This document shows positions 40,533 to 49,241 of a DNA stretch of 64,000 nucleotides, piece by piece. The position numbers and the translations under genes are program-made. The stretch spans positions 832,001 to 896,000 of the forward strand of contig CAWIGG010000002.1 in NCBI GenBank assembly GCA_963835575.1, in the 5' to 3' direction. A model generated the notes under the pieces. It saw only the letters and a list, made by a program, of their open reading frames with translations, did no database searches and had not been told where the DNA came from. This DNA comes from an uncultured Spirochaetota bacterium (GTDB lineage Bacteria > Spirochaetota > Brevinematia > Brevinematales > JAOACQ01). The stretch's first letter is position 1. Each line of letters starts with the position of its first letter.

Positions 40533-41852
40533 TCATTTTTCGCGCGATAACAATGCCGGTTCCTGTTTTGACGCGTTGTTTGCCAGGAGCGGGATCAAGC
40601 CAAGCGTGAAAACAAAGGGTAATACTTCAATCGACTGGTAAAAGAATGATTGAATGATAACAGCTGACAACGCGAAGCCTAATAACCTTTCTTTTTGCTT
40701 GAATAAAAGCCTGTATAAACATAAAAAAGGCACACTGAAATAAAATAATGTGCCCAATAATCCGAAACTGTTTAACAGCTCCAGCAGGCTGGACTCTGCC
40801 ACAAACAAGTCGCCGGTAAGACTGACAGCCTTACTTTGCATGCCCAGAATGTTTCGTACGATATTTGTATAAAACGCTGTTTTTTCACCGAAAAGCAGAT
40901 TGGTGCTCCGGTAAGAATCCCATTTATCCTTCCAGACAGAATAACGCAATGAATTGCCGGTGTCCTGAAATGCCGTGATCCTTTCGAATATAGAATTGAC
41001 ATAGTTTGAGACCCTTTTTTGAGTAAAATATAAAAGGCCCGCCGTTAAAACAATAGCGGCGGTAAAAACTAATACTCTGCGCAGTTTATTGATATTGATC
41101 TTCTCTCCTCTTTTTATCTTGAGGAAGAGGTCAATGGCTTTGTTGGCAAAATAGAGGAAAAGAATAATACTGGTGATGAGTATGCCGGAGCGGGAGAATG
41201 TAACAAAGGGCACCAGCAGGAAAATTACCCCGAAAATTCCGGCCCATTTTTTTGAAGAAAAGCGGATAATAATGACGCCGATAAGCGGCATAATGATCGG
41301 GTAGTGCAGCATGCTTCCGGTGAGGGAAGCAGGGCGCACCATATTCTCGTGATATTTATGGCCCGGGAAAAAGTTCAGGCTGGCGGGGCTGTCTTGAGGG
41401 AAAAACGGGTTGAAAATCTGCTCAATGACAGCCGCCAGAAGCAAAATAACAGCAACAGCGAGAAGCGATGTGACGATTTGGGACACTGCTTCTTTATCTC
41501 TAAACCGGACGCTGTTCAGAAATATAAAAAGAAAGAATAAAAACAATAATACGCCGTCATATAGGATCACTTCCACAGGTATGACGTATTTTACGATTGT
41601 TATGATGCTGCTGATGATTACGGTTATCAGAAATCCCAGGGATAATACGATCAGCTTTCTATTGTATGACTGATTGTCAATGGTTGATCTGAAAAAAATA
41701 ATCCCGCAGAAAGTGAGAACTGCAATAAGCTGAATAATATAGGGAATGGGTTTTTGGGAAAAAATGATCTCAAACAGGCCGTGTGAGAAAAAGATCAGGA
41801 GAAGGGTAAAATACAAAATAGCCCATTTATTCCCGGCAAGAAATTTTGTCAT
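40533..41852 (-). CDS. O-antigen ligase/polymerase (Wzy_C)-like membrane protein
   Basis: About 10-12 TMs; RPASLTGS, TFSRSG, ESSLLELL..FGLLG. Confidence 0.65.
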   Translation of the reverse strand: MTKFLAGNKWAILYFTLLLIFFSHGLFEIIFSQKPIPYIIQLIAVLTFCGIIFFRSTIDNQSYNRKLIVLSLGFLITVIISSIITIVKYVIPVEVILYDGVLLFLFFLFIFLNSVRFRDKEAVSQIVTSLLAVAVILLLAAVIEQIFNPFFPQDSPASLNFFPGHKYHENMVRPASLTGSMLHYPIIMPLIGVIIIRFSSKKWAGIFGVIFLLVPFVTFSRSGILITSIILFLYFANKAIDLFLKIKRGEKININKLRRVLVFTAAIVLTAGLLYFTQKRVSNYVNSIFERITAFQDTGNSLRYSVWKDKWDSYRSTNLLFGEKTAFYTNIVRNILGMQSKAVSLTGDLFVAESSLLELLNSFGLLGTLFYFSVPFLCLYRLLFKQKERLLGFALSAVIIQSFFYQSIEVLPFVFTLGLIPLLANNASKQEPALLSREK

Positions 41853-41887
41853 TTAGATTCCTTGAATACTAAGAATATAGCGGTAAT

Positions 41888-41916
41888 ATTGTATTATCAT
41901 TCCGGTCTTTTTTCAA
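41888..41916 (-). promoter_or_regulatory. Possible sigma70 promoter of the Wzy_C-like gene
   Basis: TTGAAA-17 bp-TACAAT on the minus strand. Confidence 0.5.
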
Positions 41917-42129
41917 CAATAATCAAAATGCTGTTTCTGTTTTATTTCATGCAATATTTTAAAAAATAACTTATAATTAGGCCCGTATTTGAGAAATTTA
42001 ATTGACCCTGAAATGGGCGATTTATTTCTTATTTATAAATCGCGTATATAATTGCAGTAGTGATAGAAATTGCTCAGATTAAGTTGATTCTCAGGGTTAA
42101 CGTAAAATCAATCGAGGATTAAGATGTTT

Positions 42130-42388
42130 ATGAAAAATGCATTGTTTTCCGGAATTACTGGACGGGACGGTTCTTTTCTTTCGGAATTTCTAATGATCAA
42201 AAATTACGGGGTCCAAGGAATACTTATCCGGAGTTTGCAGTTTATTTAATAGCGGGCGGATACCGGTGAATCCCTCAAAGGCCGGGAGACAATTAGGATG
42301 GAATCCAACTCAAACGCCGTTCTGGAACTGGCGGGGATTATTGTACGGCATGATTTGAAGAATAAGGAAGGTTTATTGTGCGGCTGAC
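42130..42388 (+). pseudogene. Collapsed gmd relic retaining only the 5' and 3' ends
   Basis: MKNALFSGITGRDGSFLSEFLMIKNYGVQGI matches the Gmd N-terminus; [28 protein letters not shown] matches the Gmd C-terminus [29 protein letters not shown]. Confidence 0.85.
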
Positions 42389-42674
42389 GCCTGAGGAAAT
42401 TACAGTCATCCGGGATACGATTTTAAAGTATGATCCGGAAGCAAAAGTTTATTTGTTTGGTTCCAGAGCGGACAATAATAAAAAGGGCGGCGATATTGAC
42501 CTGCTTGTTTTCTCAAAGGTCTTGAAGTATAGTGATAAGATAAAAATAAAAGCGCGGCTTTTTGATAAAATTGGCCCTCAGAAAATAGATTTAGTAATCA
42601 CTGAAAATGATGAGAAGCCTTTTGTGAAAATCGCGTTAAAAAGGAGCGTGCCGATATGGCCCCAATTGAATTAG
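42378..42674 (+). CDS. Minimal nucleotidyltransferase (MNT) antitoxin
   Basis: LFGSRA...GGDIDLL...KIDLVI. Confidence 0.88.
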   Translation: MRLTPEEITVIRDTILKYDPEAKVYLFGSRADNNKKGGDIDLLVFSKVLKYSDKIKIKARLFDKIGPQKIDLVITENDEKPFVKIALKRSVPIWPQLN

Positions 42675-43060
42675 AATATTTAAAAGAGGAAATGAAGGTT
42701 TTGGATGATGCCGCCGGGGTCCTGGAATATTCTTTAGATGAAATGGACCGCTTTGAAGCGTTGACCAGCCGCTTTGCCAGGACAAATGATATTCTGATTC
42801 AAAAGTTTTTTAGAGTGATAGATGAATTAGATCTGGAAAGCGGCGGAACGGTCAGGGACAGGATTCAAAGAGCTGAAAAAAAGAACTTAATCAACTCCGT
42901 TGAGGATTTTATAGAGATGAGAATACTGAGAAATGACATCGCCCATGAATATCTTCCTTCCGCGGTGAAGGATATTTTTGAAAAAGTATTGGAATTTACC
43001 CCGAAATTACTGGAGAGCATTCAAAGAGTAAAAGATTACTGCAAAAAATATGAAGAATAG
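42656..43060 (+). CDS. HEPN-domain toxin, partner of the MNT
   Basis: RxxxxH motif RNDIAHEY; overlaps the MNT gene. Confidence 0.82.
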   Translation: MAPIELEYLKEEMKVLDDAAGVLEYSLDEMDRFEALTSRFARTNDILIQKFFRVIDELDLESGGTVRDRIQRAEKKNLINSVEDFIEMRILRNDIAHEYLPSAVKDIFEKVLEFTPKLLESIQRVKDYCKKYEE

Positions 43061-43149
43061 GCGAATGCAGTAAAAGACGCTTTATAAATATTTATATCAA
43101 ACTTTAAAACGTTTTTAATTTGAAATAGATCGAAAAGAGGAAACCGCGA

Positions 43150-44076
43150 ATGGATTTTAACTCTAAGATATACATAGCGGGCCACCGCGGTCTGGTCGGT
43201 TCGGCGGTCTTGAGAAGGCTTGAATCTGAAGGGTTTTCAAATTTGCTTCTTAAAACTCACGCGGAGCTCGATTTAACCGATCAGCAGGCAGTGAGGGCTT
43301 TCTTTGAGAAAGAGAAACCCGAATATGTTTTTCTGTCGGCGGCCAGGGTCGGCGGTATCCTCGCGAATAAAACCTATCCGGCGGATTTTCTTTACCAGAA
43401 TCTCATGATCGAAGCCAATATCATTCATTCCGCGTACTTAAGCGGGGTAAAAAAGCTTTTGTTTCTGGGCAGTTCCTGTATTTATCCCAGGCTTTGCCCT
43501 CAGCCGATCAAGGAAGAGTATATTCTTACATCGGCGCTTGAGCCGACCAATGAGGCCTATGCCATTGCCAAAATAACCGGCCTCGAAATGTGCAGATTTT
43601 ACAGGCGGCAGTACGGGTGCAGTTTTATTTCCGCAATGCCGACAAATCTTTACGGCATCAATGATAATTTCGATTTGAATAATTCTCATGTCCTTCCGGG
43701 GCAATTGCGGAAAATCCATGAGGCGAAGATCAGGGGCGCCACGGAAATTACCGTCTGGGGCACTGGAAAGCCGCGGCGGGAATTCCTTTATGTTGATGAT
43801 CTGGCGGATGCGCTTGTATTTCTGATGCGGAATTATAATGAGGAAGCGCATATTAATGTGGGGACCGGCGAGGATATCGAGATTATTGAACTGGTAAAGC
43901 TGATTTCTGAAGTAGTCGGCTTTAAAGGAAAGATAATGAATGATTTAACGAAACCGGATGGTACGCCCCGGAAGCTATTGGATGTTTCGAAGTTAACCGG
44001 TTTGGGTTGGAAAAATAAGATAGGATTAAAAGAGGGATTGAAAAGGACTTATGAGTGGTACCGGAAAAATAAATAA
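43150..44076 (+). CDS. fcl: GDP-L-fucose synthase
   Basis: AGHRGLVGSA, AARVGGILAN, LGSSCIYP, YAIAK, PTNLYG, KPDGTPRKLLDV. Confidence 0.97.
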   Translation: MDFNSKIYIAGHRGLVGSAVLRRLESEGFSNLLLKTHAELDLTDQQAVRAFFEKEKPEYVFLSAARVGGILANKTYPADFLYQNLMIEANIIHSAYLSGVKKLLFLGSSCIYPRLCPQPIKEEYILTSALEPTNEAYAIAKITGLEMCRFYRRQYGCSFISAMPTNLYGINDNFDLNNSHVLPGQLRKIHEAKIRGATEITVWGTGKPRREFLYVDDLADALVFLMRNYNEEAHINVGTGEDIEIIELVKLISEVVGFKGKIMNDLTKPDGTPRKLLDVSKLTGLGWKNKIGLKEGLKRTYEWYRKNK

Positions 44077-44162
44077 CAAGGTGTCATTTCTTTAATCGGT
44101 TAAGATTTTAGAGGCGAAGTGTATTATTGATTTTTTAGGCCTTTTAGACGCAATATGCCGGA

Positions 44163-44693
44163 TTGGAGGCTGCCGTGCGCTTGTCAAGCCTGCGAAATCT
44201 GGATGAAATTTTACAAAGACTTTCTGTCTGCCTGCCGATTCTTACAGAACGTTTCGGCGTAGGGAAGATTGGCATATTCGGCTCTTATGTTCGAAATGAG
44301 CAAAAAAGGAAAAGCGATATCGACATACTGGTTGACCTGGGAAAAGACGCCAGAACATTTGATAAGGGCAGTTCTAAAAACTCAAATATTTAGAACTGCC
44401 GCTATTGTATGAGTTCATGCTACCGCTCGAGTTCGCTGTCTGAAAAGAAAGCCGACCAGCGAACTCTATACGGTAGCGCCATTTGCATTCATAAGGAATT
44501 TTTTAACCGGGGCAGTTCCAAAACCTGTTGTGGAAATATCTGATAAATTTTTAGTTTTTGGAACTGCCCATAATTATATGGAACTCCGTTTTTTCTTGGA
44601 AAGACAGTTGAAAAAAAAGTGGACCTTGGTCCGGAAGGGTCTGTTAGAAAAGAATTTGCCAAAAGGGTTTTAAAAGAGATTGTTTATGTCTAA
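44163..44693 (+). pseudogene. MNT antitoxin disrupted by a MITE and an A8 frameshift
   Basis: GIFGSYVR..SDIDILVD...RTFD | NYMELRFFLERQLKK / VDLGPEGSVRKEFAKRVLKEIVYV*. Confidence 0.88.
44366..44569. mobile_element. 204-bp non-autonomous MITE
   Basis: 17-bp TIRs GGGCAGTTC(T/C)AAAAACT; ATAA duplicated at 44362-44365 and 44570-44573; removal restores TTT GAT AAT TAT ATG (FDNYM). Confidence 0.9.
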
Positions 44694-45021
44694 GAGGGAA
44701 TGGCTTTTATTCTTGAGTGATATTGTGAAAAGCGCTTCATAGATTATGTATTTTACAGATAAAATGAGTTTTGAAGAACTGCAATCGGACGTACGGACTT
44801 TTGATGCGGTTATGCGCAATATAGAAATCATCGGAGAAGCAGTGAAGCATATACCGATTGATTTCCGTAGAAAACACCCGGAAATAGACTGGAAAAAAAT
44901 TGCCGGGATACGCGGCATTGCGATTCATGAATACTTTGGCAGCAATGAAGGAATTATTCGGGATTTGATCCGTCATAAAATTCCAGAATTGAAAGAACAG
45001 GTAGAACAGCTCTTAAAGTAA
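44686..45021 (+). pseudogene. HepT/DUF86 HEPN toxin with a premature stop
   Basis: MSKREWLLFLSDIVKSAS*IMY... with TAG at 44740-44742; [32 protein letters not shown]. Confidence 0.85.
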
Positions 45022-45060
45022 TTTTGTAGAAACGGAGCATAACGCCGGGCGCAGCAACTC

Positions 45061-45185
45061 GACTGAACTCTGCAGAAGCTTCTCGATGTGAGCCGCCTGA
45101 GCGCATTCTGGGATGGAAGTATAAGACGCCGCTGGAAGAAGGGATCAGAAAGACTTATGAGTGGTATGTGAAGAGTAGGGTATAG
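45061..45185 (+). pseudogene. Relic of an fcl 3' end
   Basis: QKLLDVSRLSA / LGWKYKTPLEEGIRKTYEWYVKSRV* versus Fcl RKLLDVSKLTGLGWKNKIGLKEGLKRTYEWYRKNK*. Confidence 0.85.
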
Positions 45186-45208
45186 AAGGGCGGAGGCACA
45201 AATTTATA

Positions 45209-46507
45209 GTGATAGATGCAATAAAGAGACTTTTTAAACGTTATTTTTTGGATAATATCTATATAAACCGGTTCTTCAAGCTTTTCAGTATTGATATATT
45301 GGTAAAAATATCCGCCTTTCTTTTGCTGCCGGTCTATCTGAAATTGATGACCCAGGAAGAATATGGGCTTTTCGGCTATTTATTTTCAATTGTTATAACT
45401 CTGTCAGGTATAATGCAGTTTGGTATGTATATACCTCAGAGTAAATTGTATTTTGATTATGATGCCGAAGAAAAAAAATCCCTATTGTTTACCATAAACA
45501 TGCTGTTGATCACATTTTTAACGGTTGTATTAGGATCAGCTTATTTTCTTAAACTGGACTATAGAGTGATCCGTTTTATGTTTTCCAAGGAAATACCATA
45601 TCAGAACTACCGTGAAGTGATTTTCATCGGGATTTTTGTTTCTGCTTATATCAATATGTTCTATAATTTTCTTCTTACGAGTGAAAGGATCAAATCTGCC
45701 CAGGCTTATAATGTAGTCCGGCTGATTGTTGTTAATGCCTTGACTTTGGCTTTTTTATTCTTTACAACCGGCAACAAAGCGATGATACGGCTCAGTTCAA
45801 ACTTTTATATAGAACTCTTAATCTTAATGGGTTTCGGAATCATATATATTAAAAGTATGAAACCCCGTTTCAATTTTATTTATATGAAGAAGGCCTTACT
45901 CCTTGCCCTGCCGGTAACACTTTCAACTCTTGTCGGTGCGTTGAATATCAGCGACCGTTTTTTTATTGAGAAATTCGGAGGTCTCAAAAATATGGCTGTT
46001 TTTAATCTTTCCGCGACAATTGCGGGAGTGATAGGCTTGATCTCCGGATCGATTCAGAACACCTGGCTTCCTTTGTTTTTTAAGGAAAAAAACTTTGATA
46101 ATAACTTACGGCGGACAAAGAAAGCGGCAATAATAATCATGCTCGTTTTGGCTTTAATCGGCGTTGGATTGGTTGCGATGACTAAAGTAATTCTAATGTT
46201 TAAAATTATAGACCAGAAATATGCTAACGCGTTGTTTATTCTGCCTTTTCTGCTTCTTGGTCAGATTTTTAATGCAGTTACTCCGTTATTTAGTAATTAT
46301 GCTATTTATATTGAAAAGACTTATTTATCAACGATTATCAGTTTTATTTACAGCTTGGTTTTCCTGGCCGCAAATTTCATCCTTGTCCCGATTTTTAACG
46401 TTTTTGGTGCGGCATTGTCTTTGCCCATCAGCGGGTTAGTATGCTTATCCATTTACTTTATTTTGATAAAATTTTATATAGCAAGAAAATATAAAAGCAA
46501 ATCATAA
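45209..46507 (+). CDS. Wzx-type oligosaccharide flippase
   Basis: FLLLPVY...EEYG, about 12 TMs, SDRFFI, LVPIFNVFGAALS. Confidence 0.88.
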   Translation: MIDAIKRLFKRYFLDNIYINRFFKLFSIDILVKISAFLLLPVYLKLMTQEEYGLFGYLFSIVITLSGIMQFGMYIPQSKLYFDYDAEEKKSLLFTINMLLITFLTVVLGSAYFLKLDYRVIRFMFSKEIPYQNYREVIFIGIFVSAYINMFYNFLLTSERIKSAQAYNVVRLIVVNALTLAFLFFTTGNKAMIRLSSNFYIELLILMGFGIIYIKSMKPRFNFIYMKKALLLALPVTLSTLVGALNISDRFFIEKFGGLKNMAVFNLSATIAGVIGLISGSIQNTWLPLFFKEKNFDNNLRRTKKAAIIIMLVLALIGVGLVAMTKVILMFKIIDQKYANALFILPFLLLGQIFNAVTPLFSNYAIYIEKTYLSTIISFIYSLVFLAANFILVPIFNVFGAALSLPISGLVCLSIYFILIKFYIARKYKSKS

Positions 46508-46563
46508 GAGGTTCTTTTGTATTCTATTTATTTATTCATTTCTTAATAAGCGAGGTTTTATAA

Positions 46564-47442
46564 ATGAGCATATCACTTTACTTTATCCATCAGGGGAAAA
46601 GCCGTTATCTAAAATATGCTGTAAATCAAGCGTGTCGTTCAAATCCCGGCTCTGATATTTATCTACTATGGGATTCTATGAGTAATCATTCTTTACCGGT
46701 TAAACAATATGATATTAAAAATTATAAATCCAGTGCCTCTGAGTTTAGTAAAATATATTTGCACCTATCCCAGCAAGGCTACGAGAATGAGTTGATCTGT
46801 TTTAAAAGATGGTTTATCTTATATGAATTTGCCATAAAAGAAAAAGTTAATTTTCCCATAATGTATCTGGATTCCGATATTATGCTGTATAGGGACCTAA
46901 AAGAATTGGAATCGTTTCTAAAGCAATATTCAATTACAATTTGCGATCAAAAAGGCCCGGAATATGCTTATTTCGAAAGTCTGGAAGTTCTCAAAGGATT
47001 CTGTGATTTCCTGATGGATACTTATTCCAATGAAAATGAAATAAAGAAAATGCGGTTTTGGTTTGAGAACTATAAGAAGGGGCATTCTGCCGGCGGTGTA
47101 TGCGATATGACATTGTTCGAAAAATACGTTGGCCGGTTTGGGAATAAGGCGTTTGATTTGTGCAATGTTTATAATAATTCTGTTTTTGATGATAATATTA
47201 ATGCTTCACAGGGTTATGAAATGAAAGGGGATATGAAAAAAATAATATGGCAGAATGGAATTCCCTATGGAAAACAGATTTCCTCAAATAAATTGATCCG
47301 TTTTAATGCGCTGCATTTGCAGGGACATTCAAAATTGTTTTATATACAGAGATTTTATAAGGAAAAAGGATTATTATTTTATAAATTATGGGATGAGTTA
47401 ATAATGCAGTTACGAAATATTAAAAAGTTCATTTTTAAATAA
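46564..47442 (+). CDS. Putative GT-A glycosyltransferase
   Basis: CFKRWF, DxD motif YLDSD, GVCDMT, LHLQG; located in the glycan operon. Confidence 0.6.
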   Translation: MSISLYFIHQGKSRYLKYAVNQACRSNPGSDIYLLWDSMSNHSLPVKQYDIKNYKSSASEFSKIYLHLSQQGYENELICFKRWFILYEFAIKEKVNFPIMYLDSDIMLYRDLKELESFLKQYSITICDQKGPEYAYFESLEVLKGFCDFLMDTYSNENEIKKMRFWFENYKKGHSAGGVCDMTLFEKYVGRFGNKAFDLCNVYNNSVFDDNINASQGYEMKGDMKKIIWQNGIPYGKQISSNKLIRFNALHLQGHSKLFYIQRFYKEKGLLFYKLWDELIMQLRNIKKFIFK

Positions 47443-47447
47443 TTCAA

Positions 47448-47476
47448 TTGATTTTTTCTTTTACCATCCCTATAAT
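47448..47476 (+). promoter_or_regulatory. Internal sigma70 promoter before the GT-C/Ppm module
   Basis: TTGATT-17 bp-TATAAT. Confidence 0.55.
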
Positions 47477-47500
47477 ATTCAGATTTATGGCGGTATTTTA

Positions 47501-49222
47501 ATGAATTATAATGAAATAAAAAAATTCTCTATTAATAAATTCTGGATGACGGGCCTTATTCTTATTCTCATATTGTTTAATTTATTTTATGCTAGTTATT
47601 TTATAAAAGACGCTTATCCCAGTCATAATATGGTTTCTAATCTGATAATGGCTGCGGCCCCTATCTTTCATTTGGGTGTGCCCTACAAAGATTATTGGGA
47701 TATTTATTCTCCAGGCATATTTATATTTCTGACACCTTTTGAATTATTTTTCCAGGGTCAAACTTTGATTTTTAAATTATTCCATATCCTGTTTGCAGTA
47801 TTAATGGGATTAATTGTATTAAAAATGCTAATTAAAATTTTTAGTAAATTTCAATTTCCAAACATTCCAATCACTATTTTTTTTCTATTATACCTACTCA
47901 TGTCAAATTATTTTTACTATATATTATTTCACAATGCATTTCTGGCATTATTTATATCCCTTTGCGGGCTTTATTTTCTTGCCTTTACAAAAAAGTCATG
48001 GACAAAATATTTGATCAGCTCTTTATTATTTGCTTTTTCAGGCACTATGAAAGAAACATTTCTTTTTACTATATTCCTGCCATATGTCTATATTGGGGCC
48101 AGATATCTGCTGAGAGCCAATAAAAGTCTGAAGTTATTTATTAAAAATTCTGTGATAGCTACTATAGCTATTTTTATGGTTTTTTTAGGGAATTACTTGT
48201 ACTTATATCTGCTGGGAATTTTAAAAAATTATCAGGAAATCTCCGCCTTTAAATCACAGCAATTCGGGGCTAATTCTATAATAAATCTGTTTAATAATTT
48301 GGATCCATTTAATTTTTATAATTTTTCCATTTCCTTTCAAGATTTATTGAATTCATTTTTTAAATTTTCATGCGGATTATTATATATCTTTTTTTTATTG
48401 ATTTTAATTTGTCTGATTATACCTTTAAAACTATTAAAAATCCGAGGAAAATTGAAAATATCATTTAATACTTGGAAATATGAGCAGGGAATAGGTATAA
48501 TTACAATTGGTTTTTTGCTAATGAATTTTGAAGGATTTAAGCTTTTAAATAATAATCAGCCAAATTATTCATTACAAATGGTTCCCGGGCTCATTTTGGC
48601 ATTTGCCTTTCTTTATAAAATAACTCATGAAAGCATAAAGAAATTCATAAGTAAAAGAATACCGCTGTTGAATCGGAAAATAATTAATGCGATACTAATT
48701 ATTATTGTTTTTTGTTTCGGCTGGCTTTTATATCCGAAATGGAACAATTATGGATACTATAAAACCATGTCAGTTCAAGAATATTTCCAGGGATTTTTAA
48801 TAAAAAAGCCGGAAATCCAGCTTCCAGATAAAGTGAAAAAGGCTATGGGAGATGATAATAGGATATTTTATATCTACGGCTGGGGGACGCCATATTTTTA
48901 TTATTTTGCCCATATTAAGCCATTTTCCAGGTTTTTTATTCTGCACACCAATATTTTAGGTGAAAAACAATTTCATGAACTGATTCGGCAATTTAAAGCA
49001 GAATTGCCAAAGGTTATATTATATACAGAATATGGCGCTGACATGAATACTTATGAATTTGAAAAGAATACTTTTCAATTTAAGAAGCTATTGGAAAAAT
49101 GTTATGAATTTTATCCCGCTGTGATTTACCCGGCATTTCATGCTTCCGGATATTATTTATTAAAAAGCGATCAATATTTTAAAACCCATCCGGAAGAATT
49201 CATTGCATTAAAATATCAATAA
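47501..49222 (+). CDS. Polytopic GT-C (ArnT/PMT-like) membrane glycosyltransferase
   Basis: GVPYKDYWDIYSPGI loop after TM1, many TMs, C-terminal periplasmic YIYGW...YY...PFSRF domain; upstream of a polyprenol-P-sugar synthase. Confidence 0.6.
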   Translation: MNYNEIKKFSINKFWMTGLILILILFNLFYASYFIKDAYPSHNMVSNLIMAAAPIFHLGVPYKDYWDIYSPGIFIFLTPFELFFQGQTLIFKLFHILFAVLMGLIVLKMLIKIFSKFQFPNIPITIFFLLYLLMSNYFYYILFHNAFLALFISLCGLYFLAFTKKSWTKYLISSLLFAFSGTMKETFLFTIFLPYVYIGARYLLRANKSLKLFIKNSVIATIAIFMVFLGNYLYLYLLGILKNYQEISAFKSQQFGANSIINLFNNLDPFNFYNFSISFQDLLNSFFKFSCGLLYIFFLLILICLIIPLKLLKIRGKLKISFNTWKYEQGIGIITIGFLLMNFEGFKLLNNNQPNYSLQMVPGLILAFAFLYKITHESIKKFISKRIPLLNRKIINAILIIIVFCFGWLLYPKWNNYGYYKTMSVQEYFQGFLIKKPEIQLPDKVKKAMGDDNRIFYIYGWGTPYFYYFAHIKPFSRFFILHTNILGEKQFHELIRQFKAELPKVILYTEYGADMNTYEFEKNTFQFKKLLEKCYEFYPAVIYPAFHASGYYLLKSDQYFKTHPEEFIALKYQ

Positions 49223-49241
49223 AAATGAGGAGTTTTTCTTA

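Noticed and set aside
42700..42760. Possible in-frame deletion in the HEPN gene (LEYS directly followed by LDEMDRFE)
   Set aside because: It looks short compared with homologues I recall, but this cannot be established without an alignment
44611..44618. A8 tract as a phase-variation switch
   Set aside because: It lies in a gene already broken by a MITE whose partner has a nonsense codon; decay or homopolymer sequencing error is simpler
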